Below, in pieces: positions 14,224-26,104 of a stretch of 64,000 nt of DNA. Source of the DNA: Psilocybe cubensis (lineage: Eukaryota). The notes beneath the pieces are model-generated. The model was not told the origin of the DNA. It made no database searches and was given only the letters and a program-made list of their open reading frames with translations. The stretch lies in assembly GCA_017499595.2 (NCBI GenBank), contig CM039007.1:2542001-2606000 (forward strand). The letters run 5' to 3'. Within the stretch, counting starts at the first letter, position 1. Every line of letters begins with the position of its first letter. A program made the position numbers and the translations under genes.

Positions 14224-16001
14224 TCAGCGAATAGTACACCGATCAAACGCGCTCTCTCTCCTTGGGGGAGGCGGTCGCTCGCTCCAGACCTGCCACATCT
14301 TGATGGACTCCTCCTTTGGACAAACGGTAAAGATGCTCTCCCCGTTTGGACTCAGACAGCTATGCGTCACCGCATGCGTGTGGGCGTTCGTCAGCGTCAT
14401 CAGCCGTTTGCATGACGGGTATTCATGGACTGTGATCGAGTTCGTGAGTGCGGTTTTGGTGTACGTCAGTTTGGTTTGAGACCGGGACGATGATTGGGGG
14501 GCATTGGAGGAGGCTGCCCCAGATTGTGTTCGGTGTCGGGATGTCGATAGAAGAGGAGCGAAGGATGAGCCATGTGTGCTTAGGAGTTCTTTACAATGTG
14601 GAGACCAATGGAGAGATAGGACAGATGTGTTGAGTGGAATAGTGTGAATAGGTTCAGGGGAATGAGTAGGGGATGATAGCGATGTCAATGATGTGCTCCA
14701 TATCTTGATCTTACCTTCTGGAGCAATGCTGCCTGACGCAAGGAGATCAGGTTTCCAGGGACACCATGCAAGTGCCTAAGGCAGCACTGTCAGATAAAGG
14801 CGTTTCTGAGAGTGGATCAAGATATCACTTTACCTTTGTACTCCCTTTATGACGAAATTTGGCACAAGGCTGAGATTGCCCACCGTCGAGTAGAGATTTA
14901 CCATTTCTCCGGTCCCAAATATGAACTGCACCCTCTTTATCACCACTGGCCAGATATTCTCCGCTGGGACTCCATTCGATACCCATAACACGACTTCGGT
15001 GTTTCCCCATTACTGAAGGCTTTTGGGGAGCACGAACATCAGTAAGATGTATCTCACCGCCTTCCATACCGACCGCGAGGATGTCGTTATTCCAACTCAG
15101 GCATTTTACGGCGCCTTTATCCGTGGTTTGCCATGTATGAACAGCAGTCCCAGGCCCCCCCGTCCCAGCATCCCACATCTGAACAGTGCCACCTGTAATG
15201 CCAAGGGCGAGGTGGGATTCGTGTTTGCTGCCACCCCATTGTACAACGCCTATATCTCCAGGAAGAGAGGTGCTGCACAGATGAGATATAACTCTCGTAT
15301 CAAGATTTTGATAATACACGTCCTTTCTGCATGCAACAGCGATGTTATTACGACGTGACCAAGTGATCGGGAATGCTTCTGGGTCAAAGGGCACTCCGGG
15401 GCTGTCGAGGACCATAAGACAATTCCGCCGTTTGCAAAGATTCTCCACAACTGATGTCGGCCGTGAGGCGGGTACGGAGTTGAATAAAGACGATGCACTG
15501 CGCCGAAGAAGGGATATAGTTGCGTCATCTTTGTGTGCTGATGTGAAGATATCGGTGTCATCGCCAAAATTGAGCACCCTGTCATCGACGAGTCCAAACT
15601 GTTTACTGATGCGTCTTGTGCGAGGCGTAATCTGAAGGGGCATGAGTACTTTTGGACGATTAGAAATGAATCTGTCTGCCTATTAAGATCATGGTCTTTC
15701 AATATTTCAACGAATGTGAAGGGGTTGCGACCCCGTACCGTGCTGCAAACATGTGCACTGGATCCTGCCACCTCGTTCACATCCAAATTCTCGTCAATAT
15801 CAACGGAGGCCATAGATATTCTCCTCCTTTTATGCGATCTCAGGTTTGTCACGGAATTCTGAACGCGTTTCTGAATGTGCGTCGTTACTGGTGTCTGCAA
15901 GACACAAGCAGCAGCGTCCGAATCACTAATGGTGAAAAAAGATGTATTCTGTTAGATTATTTCTAGATGTCTGAGAGTTCAATTCACCTTGGTGTGGCCA
16001 T
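14224..16001 (-). CDS. Divergent Cdc20/Fizzy-family WD40 APC/C coactivator
   Basis: Spliced start MATPSDSD, C-box-like DRFISNR, LDSPG, KALAWCPW, WSPHCKELLSTHG and a C-terminal IR tail (RCTIR*). Confidence 0.85.
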
Positions 16002-16363
16002 AGAGTATGTAGAATGATGTCTAGGTTATGGTATAGGATGGAAGAGCAGTTAATGTGGCTTGCGCACTCCCGGCAATTTCAAACAATCAAATGTCACATG
16101 ACCGTGTTGCACATGTGCCGTCACCCTTGTGGCGCCAGAAACCTCGACCTTTGCTCGCACTCTCACACCGCTAAGGGTGGTAGCTTTGCTTTCATTCTGG
16201 TTTGAGCTGCGCTTTTAACCACTTACGGAACCTCACGACTTATATATCTCATACTCTGTGCATATCTAATCAGCCTCTGGAAAGCTACGGCGCAGCAATC
16301 ACCCAATTTTGTCGGCTACGACTGGACCTCATAAAACTCTTTTCGTGACCGTTATCAGCCAAA

Positions 16364-16882
16364 ATGTCGCCAGTTCCTGGAGGTAGAATTAATTTCTACA
16401 AATTATCATATTTAAATTATCTGACATCAAAGCTTAGAACCGAAAGAATCCCCCAAACCCCAGCCTATTGGGAATATGCCAATGATCTTCTTGCTCACGA
16501 CATGTACACTTTGCGCCCTATTTTTGCTATGGAGAAGGGCGGATGCTCTGCGAAGAGTTGTCTCTCATCGGTGCGCAATCATCTAAACCATAAATTTTAT
16601 GACGCTTACACATTTTGGTTACCTTTCAGGCTCAAAACATTCAGACAAACCGAGGGACCAATACGTCTGAGTGAAGACGACGGCCCTCCAGCAAATGAAT
16701 TTCTCGCAGACGATTATGACGATGACAATGCACATTTACATGACTCAGATGACGAGCCCTTGTCAGAGCATATCAGGAGGGCTACTCAGGCATGGAGGGA
16801 GCCAAATATTGCGATATTAGAGCGTCACAGCAGCAGTCAGGAGGATAGTGTGAAGGTGTTACCATCTGGGCCAACGCAGTGA
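16364..16882 (+). CDS. Small single-pass membrane protein with acidic tail (3 exons)
   Basis: Spliced MSPVPGEPKESPKPQPIGNMPMIFLLTTCTLCALFLLWRRADALRRVVSHRLKTFRQTEGPIRLSEDDGPPANEFLADDYDDD...; divergently transcribed from the Cdc20-like gene. Confidence 0.7.
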   Translation: MSPVPGGRINFYKLSYLNYLTSKLRTERIPQTPAYWEYANDLLAHDMYTLRPIFAMEKGGCSAKSCLSSVRNHLNHKFYDAYTFWLPFRLKTFRQTEGPIRLSEDDGPPANEFLADDYDDDNAHLHDSDDEPLSEHIRRATQAWREPNIAILERHSSSQEDSVKVLPSGPTQ

Positions 16883-18240
16883 ATGCGTTTTTATAGTGCG
16901 TCGTGAATCATAAAAGCTTCCAAAGATATATCTAACCTGTCGCAAGGTTTTTTTTTCTGTTTTGTATCATTTAATCTATGGGTGGTTAACAACCACATTT
17001 TATTGGACTCCTAACATCCTCTTTCCTATTCTTAGACTACGAACCAAGCCTTATTCGGTTTATGTCCCTCACAGCTTTTGAAACACATCAAGCGATCGAG
17101 CCCCTCTTGTGCCCGGCCTTCACATACATACGCCTTGAGTATAATACTCTGCTGCCCCACATCCACTATCCTGAGTGTGCGTGTTCAGAGTAATATGGCT
17201 CTTCAGTTTCGACTTCGAAGACAGCATCAATGTTTCACCGTCCAATTTCAGCTTCGACCTGGTGTTGGGCGCCACCTGTATGTGACGGTGTTGAATCTTG
17301 TGTGTAAGATAAGAGATGCGTGGCCCTCCTTGTGAGTTTTTACTTGGCTTGATACTTGCACTTTAAGCTTTTCAGCACAGCTCGTCGCGACCAATTGTAA
17401 AGGCCTCTTTGCGAGTACCCATGATCTCTAAGCAATCCATGGGGAACGTCTACGACACCCCATATACGAAATATACGAAATATTGCCCTATCACCTGGCA
17501 CTCTCACGCCCCATGTTCGTGCGCACTATGTGACTCATTCGTGCAATTTCTACGCCCAAGATCCCTCGATGAATTTTTATCTACATCTTCACATTTGAGC
17601 CTCCTGTGGTGCATTTACTCTGATCATCCGCGCGCTCTCCGACAGTTCACCCTCCTTTAGCGGGGAATCGCATACTTAACGATACGTTCCAGTACCTATT
17701 TTGCTGGGTCCTCTACCAGATGGTCATTAAACACTAACAGTCCAAACCCCAGCCCGTCGCAGCGTGAAAAATTCATCCCCTTTGTTGGCTAAGGAAAGGT
17801 AACATAGGCAACATTACAGACACACCTTGTCATCCTGATTGTCCTTTGGTTAATTTGGCCGCCCGTTCAGAGCATTTGCTCACTCTTAAAATAGTTGATC
17901 TATAAACAGTATACACATCGACGGGCAATGGGTCAAGAGGTTGAACCAGGCAAATCAAAAGGAAGGACACATGTGCATGCTTTCAGAGCGCAATGTCGAC
18001 GGGATGTATCGTACCGACTGCACGAGGTGATGGTGTCCTCAGCTATTGGTGTGCTGCAATTCCTCAGGACAGTAAGATGCGTTTTTAAATGCGCTCGGCG
18101 CTCCTAGTACATGCTCATCAAATGCCAGTCAACGGTTGACGGTGGAATCTGGCTATAGATAGTTAGCTGCCTGAAATGTTTAGGGAAATGAAGGAAGGAA
18201 TCCCACCCACCCTCGACTTTCTTCTTTGTACACCCCCTCC

Positions 18241-19676
18241 ATGGATTCTGCAAAGGTCCTGACTGTTGAACCAGCTGTAGACATAGCCAGAATGCAAGTA
18301 CAATTTGACTTTTTATTGACAGCACCTCGCGTTCTCACTATAAAAATTGAATAGTGCGGGTCCTCTGGTGATCTAGTTTCACATTTATGATTTAAATTTC
18401 GAACCGCCTCTCATGAGATTATCGTCCAGCTACTCAGCATGCTATTGAACGTCGGTGTTTACGGTGTGTTGTGTGTACAAACATGTACGTTATCCGATTC
18501 TGAGTACGAGTAACATCATTGTTGATCAAATTGTGTTCTGGATGCGTCTATGTATATAGACCTGTACCATCTCTCCTTTTCCCGGGATGCAACCCGGGTA
18601 AAGGCTCTTGTATACATCACATTCATTCTCGAGACACTACAAACCCTGCTAAGCACAAAGACGATATTTGACGCTTTCGTGTATGGGTTCCTCGCACCCA
18701 ACTTGTCTTCATTGGATCACATCGGCAATCTATGGTTCGTTGTCCCAATCCTTGGAGGATCAGGTAAAGCTTCAGCGAACTAAGCGACATACTACGCCTA
18801 TTAACACCCTTGGCCTTCCTTCGCTTTTATCAGTTGCCTGTATATCACAGACATTCTACGCCTACCGCATCACCGTCATTGGGAGGTACTTCAAAGGCGC
18901 AAAATATGCAGCAGGAATCATTGCTCTGGTACGCCGCCATCGCATCACTTAGCTTTCAAGTATACACCTTCTCACTCTGTGTAACATAGCTTGCACTTGC
19001 ACAAATGGCTGGGGCAATCGCAATTGGCGTGGAGATGTTCCAAGCCAAACTATTCAGTCGCTTCGTGGACTCGAAAGTAAAGTTGACGGTTGGTGTAAGT
19101 AAGATTTTGAATGTCGATTGCAAGTCGAGTTTGACCAGCACTAGTTCTGGAATGGCGGAGGAGCTCTGTGCGACATAATCATTGCCATCAGCATGACCTA
19201 CCTCGTCAGTCAAAGTACCTTTCCCGAGCATAAAAGCCAGATATCTAACACAATCCCACCCAGCTACTTTCTTCTAGCAACAACGGGATACAAGACACAA
19301 GACAAATTGTGCAGCGCCTTGTACGCCTCACAATAGAAACAGGGTCACTGACAGGTAAAGCTTTCTGCACAATCCCCCTCCTTAAACACATTGAAAACGT
19401 AAATGTAAAATATAACCTTCAGCTTGTATCGCCATCCTCAACATCGTTTTAACGATGCTTCCAGGGGAGCCGACGTACTACCAAACAACCGCCAACGTGC
19501 TCTCCAAGATGTATGCAAACACCATGCTGGTTGTCCTCAACAGTAGAATGCGTTTCGGTCAAGGATATCAAGGGTCACAAGCCGAAGGTTTTAGGTATAA
19601 TGAATCGAATTCGACGCAGTTGATCTTTTCAAATACCGGTAAGGACATGTGGCATAGTGTTGAGTTGAGCACGTAG
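18241..19676 (+). CDS. DUF6534-domain multi-pass membrane protein
   Basis: Spliced IAGPLLLSMLLNVGVYGVLCVQTY, LVYITFILETLQT, QTFYAYRI, RLTIETGSLT and SKMYANTMLVVLNSR. The first intron is GC-AG (18294-18354). Confidence 0.8.
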
Positions 19677-20169
19677 ATGCCGGGGAGCCTCCAAGCTTTC
19701 ATACTCAACGACCCACCTATTGTAAATTACATAAACTTGGAAAGGGTTGGAGGGGCAGAGAGAGCCACAAGGTAGCAGAGAGAGCCACATTATATCGAGA
19801 AAGCATACAAATTACACGAGTATTCTACAGATCAGTCCAAGTACCCAAGAATAACCTGAATCTATGCCAAGAAATACATGTTTCACCCGTTCAGCCGCTC
19901 TGTGTGGGGTTGATAGGGGTCACCAAGGCCGTCTGTGTTCTCAAAACTCGAGGGCTGACATAGAAAAGATATCCTTAAGCTTTGAAAAGAAGCTAGTGGG
20001 CAGAACCTTAACCATCCACTCGAGATTTCAGAACTGTACAGTTGCTGTTGGAGTTGCGCGACCCTGAGTTCTAGCATTTTCCCAGGGATAGCAGAGTCGT
20101 TAATTGAAGGCGGCAACGGACTCTGTTCACACCACTTTCACTTTCCCCACATCCACCGTCTCATTAAAC

Positions 20170-23100
20170 ATGGCCTGCAACCACGGCCACGGCCACGGAC
20201 AGCAGTCGTACCCGCAGCTCAACCACAGCGCAGGACCTAAATGGATCAAGAATCTGACGAAAGACAGACTGGGGACGTTCAACGGGGGGCATTACGCGGA
20301 CGTCAACCTCGCCTCGGTGCTCTTTACACACCGCATCGACAATGCAGAGCATATCAAGCTCAAAGTGTGAGTCTTGCCCTCCTCTTCGCGCACTGGCAGT
20401 CCGGTAATGTGGTTCGGTGAAGATGGAGTGCGCCGGGGTTGACGAAGCCGACGTTCGAGGAAGCGATGCAGCAAAAGTTCAAAACGGCGAAAAAGGTGAG
20501 TCTCGGAGGACTGTAACCGAGTCCAGACAATTGTGAAACGTCCTCATCTATGTGCTCTAGGGAGACTCCTTTGGACCATCTTGTAAGTTCTTCCAACCTG
20601 AGCCGCTGTATTCCCTCGTCTGACGTATGCAAAGGGGTATGTCTAGTCTGGTGTTTCCAGAGGAAGATTTGCAGAGCATGTTGTTGACTTGGGCTTGGGA
20701 ATTTTAGACGAACCACTGGTGGAAAGTGACGGTTACGATCCCGAGCTACTGGGAGCAGTATGAACGTGTGCAATGTACGTAAAATCCAACCCCCTTCTCC
20801 TCGTTGCTCGCTACGTACGCAGCTGAGCCTGACGCGTCATCATCCACCCATTAGTCGAGTTCGATCCAGGATGTGAAGCTATGATATTCTCAACGGATGG
20901 AACACCGCTACAAGGTCCGCGTTTGCTCAATCACCTCTACGTATTCCATTCCATGCAACATCTCATATAATACATCTCCCAGGAATCACAGGCGGCTACG
21001 GCGGCGACCGTCGTGTGGAATATATCATCTCCCCGGAAGCCAGAGCGCAAGGCACACACGAATTCGTCATTGAGTCGAGCTGCAATGGTATGTTCGGTGT
21101 GCCGTGGAACGGCGACACCATCCAGCCTCCGGACATGAACCGCTATTTCTCACTTGCTTCTGCGGATTTGGTCGTACCTAACATGGAGGCTTGGGGCCTT
21201 CTGTGGGATTTTCAGACGCTTAGGGAGCTTGTGGATACGTTGCCTGGGAATACGCCGTATGTGCTCTAATGATTAACCATTTAAATTTCCAATTAATGCA
21301 TTTATGAAATTTATAGACTCCAAAATAAGGCATTAACTGCTGCGAACGAGATTATGAATGTATTTAACAAAGCCGATTTATCGTCCATCACCAAGGCGCG
21401 AAAACTCGCTGAGGAAGTGTTCGGTGAAGGATGGGAAACAAAGGGGGCAGACATATACAACGAAGGCCCCAAGGAGGTGAATGTATGGGGTATTGGACAG
21501 TGCGTGATTTAACTTTCAACTCGATGGGTAGTAGTAAACCGTTTGTTTTGTTTATTTCATAGTTGCCACATTGACACGGCCTGGCTCTGGCCTTACCGCG
21601 TCACCCAGCAGAAAGTGGCTCGGTCTTGGGCGACACAGGTCGATCTTATGGAACGATACCCCGAACACCGATTCGCATGTAGTTCTGCGCAACAGTACAA
21701 ATGGCTCGAACAGGTATTTCTCTCGCCTATTAAATCAAAAGCCTACACATTGACACTGACCTGTCATGTAGCTCTACCCCGCGCTCTACGAACGCGTGAA
21801 AGAAAAAGTTTTGGATGGTCGGTTCCACCCGATAGGTGGCTCGTGGGTAGAAAACGACTCGAATATGCCATCAGGCGAAGCGCTCGTGCGCCAGTTCCTC
21901 TTCGGTCAACGGTATTTTGAAAGCAGGTTTGGGAGGAGATGCGATACGGCGTGGTTGCCTGATTCGTTTGGGCTTACGGGGGCTCTCCCACAATTAATTC
22001 GTGGTGCAGGTGAGTTTTTTTTTTAGCGATTTTTAGAATTTTTTGAGTTGGCTGGGAGATGCTGATTAGAGTTTGTGATTTGATTTGATTAGGGATGAGT
22101 TATTTTTTTACGCAGAAGCTTTCATGGTACGCTTCATTCACTCCAACTTCTCTTGGTTGATCCAATACTGATACTGATGGTCGGTGTTTTCTAGGAATAA
22201 CATGTTAGATTTTTTGTTTTGTTTTTGTACTAATGAATATCCTTACTGACTGGATCGGTTAATCTTGTAGCAATGTCTTCCCTCACTCCACGTTCAACTG
22301 GGTGGGTATTGATGGTACGCAGGTTCTGTGCCATATGACTCCTGGTAAGAGACACCATTCCACTTTCTTTCAAGTCATTATTCTGATATTTCGGTTTTTA
22401 TAAGTCGATACGTACACCGCACAAGCTACAGTCGGTGATGTGAACAAGGGAATCACAAACCACAAGGTACATCTTCTACTATCGAGGGAAAATTTACTTT
22501 TTCTGTAGTGCTCAATCTGATTACTCGTGTAGAATCTGGAATCGTCCGATAAGGCCTTGTTGGTCTTTGGAAATGGAGATGGTGGAGGAGGTCCCCTAGC
22601 CAAGATGTTAGAAAACGTACGTAGTTTCTATCCACCATTCTTTCCTTTCCTCTGTTTATCAGTAGTGATTTCTAACGGTATGTTTATTATATTATTAGTT
22701 GCGTCGTATGCGGGCAGTTACCAATACCCATCGCGAGCTGCCACCCGTCAACATGGGACATTCTGTCGACGAGTTCTTCCAGCACATAGAGAAAGAGACG
22801 AATGAAGGCAAAATCTTGCCCAATTGGTACGTCTTTTGTTATCGATAGCCCTTTGAACAGTCTGTTAAGATTGGGGTGTAGGCATGGAGAACTGTATCTT
22901 GAGGTGAGGTTAAAAATGACTCGCTGGTTTTGCATCATTTTTGCACTTGGCACTTGATTAATGAGGCTTTTTTCTTCTTTAGTTCCATCGTGGGACGTAT
23001 ACTTCGCATGGTTCTATTAAGAAGGGGAATAGACACTCTGAGATCCTCCTTCGTGATGTTGAGGTATGTTTATTTTGATTTTTGACGTATAAATATAACT

Positions 23101-25658
23101 TGCATTCATACATTTATGATTGTTCGCACTAGCAAATTGCAACACTGGCGTCGTTGTACAAACATAGCAAGAATAACTATGTTTATCCGAAGGATAAGGT
23201 TGATGAATCTTGGGAAAAGGTTTTGTTGAATCAATGTATGATTTACTTTACTTCTTCAGTGTATTTTTTGCTGACATCTGGTAACTCGTTTTTAGTCCAT
23301 GATGGTAATGTTGATTAGTTTTACAAGAAGAGCCATAACCCCCTGACATTTATTCCATTTTTCTTAGTTCTTCCAGGGTCTTCCATGTAAGTCGAATTTA
23401 TAAGATTCAAAACAGCGCTCATTCTCATTCAATATTACAGCGGCATGGTCTACGAAGACGCCGAGAAGCTCTACGCAGAAGTCAAGAAAGACGGCGAAGC
23501 CTTGCTCGAAGAAGCCTTCTCCGTTCTGTTCCCAAATTCTGTTCCTCTCACCCCTTCCACCCGATCCAAAGCACTCGCAGGGTCCAGCAAGATCGTAGCG
23601 TACAATACCACCTTCTTCCCGCGGTGGGATATCGTCAAGATTCCTCTGGCGAAAGCGGGCCCGTCGTTGAAGGCGCAGATTTTACAGGCGTCGGATGATG
23701 GGCGCGAAGGGTACGCTATTATGCATTGTGCGAATGGAGCAGGCGCGGGGGAGTTGAAGCATCCTTCTAATGCGCTGCATGCTCATCTTAAACCGGTATC
23801 AGGTATGTTAATGTTAAATCTTTTCTAGAACTGTTATTGCTTTGCCGAGGAAGACTGAGATTTTGTTTTTATGTGCAGTTTATACTAATGGATCTGATCA
23901 TTTCGTGCTTCGTAATGCGAGTGTACAACTTACTATTTCAAAGGGACGTATCAGCAGTCTAGTTGACGTCAAGCTCAAGTAATTATTTTGTTTTATTGCT
24001 CTAAAGGGGACTGGGCGCTTATGTTTATTACGCAGCCGCGAATTAATTGCGGAAGGGCAAACTGGGGGATTAATCATCTTCCAAGATCGTCCGAACTACT
24101 GGGATGCTTGGGGTATGTCGATCATGTTGACCTGTTGTCTCATGCCTTGAAAGCATGTCTAATTAATTGCCTTATAGATGTTGAAATTCACCATCTGGAA
24201 ACTGCCCAACCACTCGAGTTCTCCAACGTTTCTGTTGTATCCCAGGGACCTCTTCGTGCGGCTGTTCGCGCGGAGGTGAAGTATGGTCAGAGCACAATCA
24301 CGGTGACGATTTCACTCGATGCTACCACTGGTGAGAACTTGCTATGATTCTTGTTTATTCCTTTGTCTAACACCCCTATGTAGCCACTATCAAAGAGAAC
24401 TCTCGATCCCTTTTCAACTTTGATGCTATAGTTGACTGGCGTCAACGTCATGAATTCCTCAAATGTGAGGTTCACTATCATCAATTGTTGATGTAATACT
24501 GACTTTGATTTGAATTTGAATAAGTCGAATTGCCTCTTAATATCCACAGCGATAATGCTACGTATGAGACCCAGTTTGGGTATGTTCAAAGACCCACTCA
24601 TAAGAACACGACTTGGGATATTGCCAAGGTACACATCTTGGTTTTTGAGTTGGGGCATCTACTAATCATGTCTCGCGCAGTTTGAGGTCTGCGGTCATAA
24701 GGTCTGTTTCAACGCGAATTTGAATTTGACCTGTAGAAATACTGACACTTCTGTTCAAGTATGCTGATCTTAGCGAGTTTGGATATGGTGTAGCGATCCT
24801 TTCAGAGTCAAAGTATGGTTTCTCGTGCCAAGGAAATGTTCTGAGAATTTCTCTTCTTCGTTCCTCTACTGCCCCAGACGCCGAGCAGGATCAAGGTTTG
24901 TAGTGCGATATCATGTTAACAAAGGTGATGATTTAAGTTTTTATAAATACAGGGGAGCATCATTTCTCGTGGGCTGTGATGCCTCATGAAGGACACTTCT
25001 TGGAATCAGATGTTCCAATCGCTGGTTATCTGTATAACTCGCCCTTAAGAGGTAAGAGGAAACTTTGTAATCATCCTTTCTAGTATGATTTGATCGTGTC
25101 CTCCAGTCCGCTGCTTGCCTCCGGGTGCACCTGACATCGTTTCATCCCTAAAGTCTCCGTTCGTAGTCCAAGGCGCGCGCAATGTCTTCCTAGAGACCGT
25201 CAAACGCGGGGAAAACGATACCTTTGACAACATCGTCGATTTTGAAGCTAAAGATTCAGATGCGACCACTACCGTCGTTCTGAGGCTGTATGAAGCGTTT
25301 GGCGGGCATGCGCAGGTTAAATTGGGCATTTCGAGCCATTTGCCTGTTGTCAAAGCTTTCACGACCAACTTGCTAGAGGATAATGACGAGGAGCTGTATC
25401 TTCTCCGGGCGGAGGAGGACAAGGCGAAGGAAGAGAACGTGGGGACTTGTCTTTCGCTCAGTTTTAGGAGGTTTGAGGTCAAGACGGTTAAATTGGTACT
25501 TGGTGCGCTGCCTCCTAGTCCATTATCCCATAAAAGAGTGTCAGTCCTTCCTCTCTAATCTATTGGCTTTAGCTCATTTGTTTCCCTGATTCGATTCCAA
25601 CAGATCTAAGCGGTCTAGCTGGGTGAATGTTGATCAAGCGCAGTTGTTGACGCTTTGA
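20170..25658 (+). CDS. AMS1: GH38 vacuolar/cytosolic alpha-mannosidase (Ams1/MAN2C1 type), highly fragmented gene
   Basis: [68 protein letters not shown] and LRLYEAFGG are all recovered after splicing. Confidence 0.95.
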
Positions 25659-26104
25659 AAGTTTGAAAGAATTCTTTTAACTATATATAAAGTTGGCTTT
25701 TACTTCATAGATTCCTAATGTGGTCCAATGAAGACAGGTTGGGTGGGAGGAAGCCATACATGAAAGCGTCAAATTAAATATTGTCAGGTCTCACATCACC
25801 TCACCTCACCTTGTCTTATTTTCTAGTAACTCCTCTGTGTATCTGTACATATATCCTATTTAAACCATGAGCATGGTTTTCCATCCCTCACCATTTTTGT
25901 CTCTTTCACTTCACTCGTCACGCGTCAAGCTTCAAGGGTAAATGTCAGGTCTCAGATCTCACTAGTCACTTGCCATCATGTTCTTTCATTATATACTATC
26001 TTTCCGTACTTCTGTAGATCATATATTTAATACCTTGCAATTGTGCCTCGTTCGGTTCCCTCCGCTCGAGTCTCGAGTCTCGCTCACTGATCACTGATTT
26101 TTAC

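Noticed and set aside
11500-16000. Terpene biosynthetic gene cluster around the synthase
   Set aside because: Neighbours are a cell-cycle regulator and unknown proteins; the intact P450 is more than 40 kb away.
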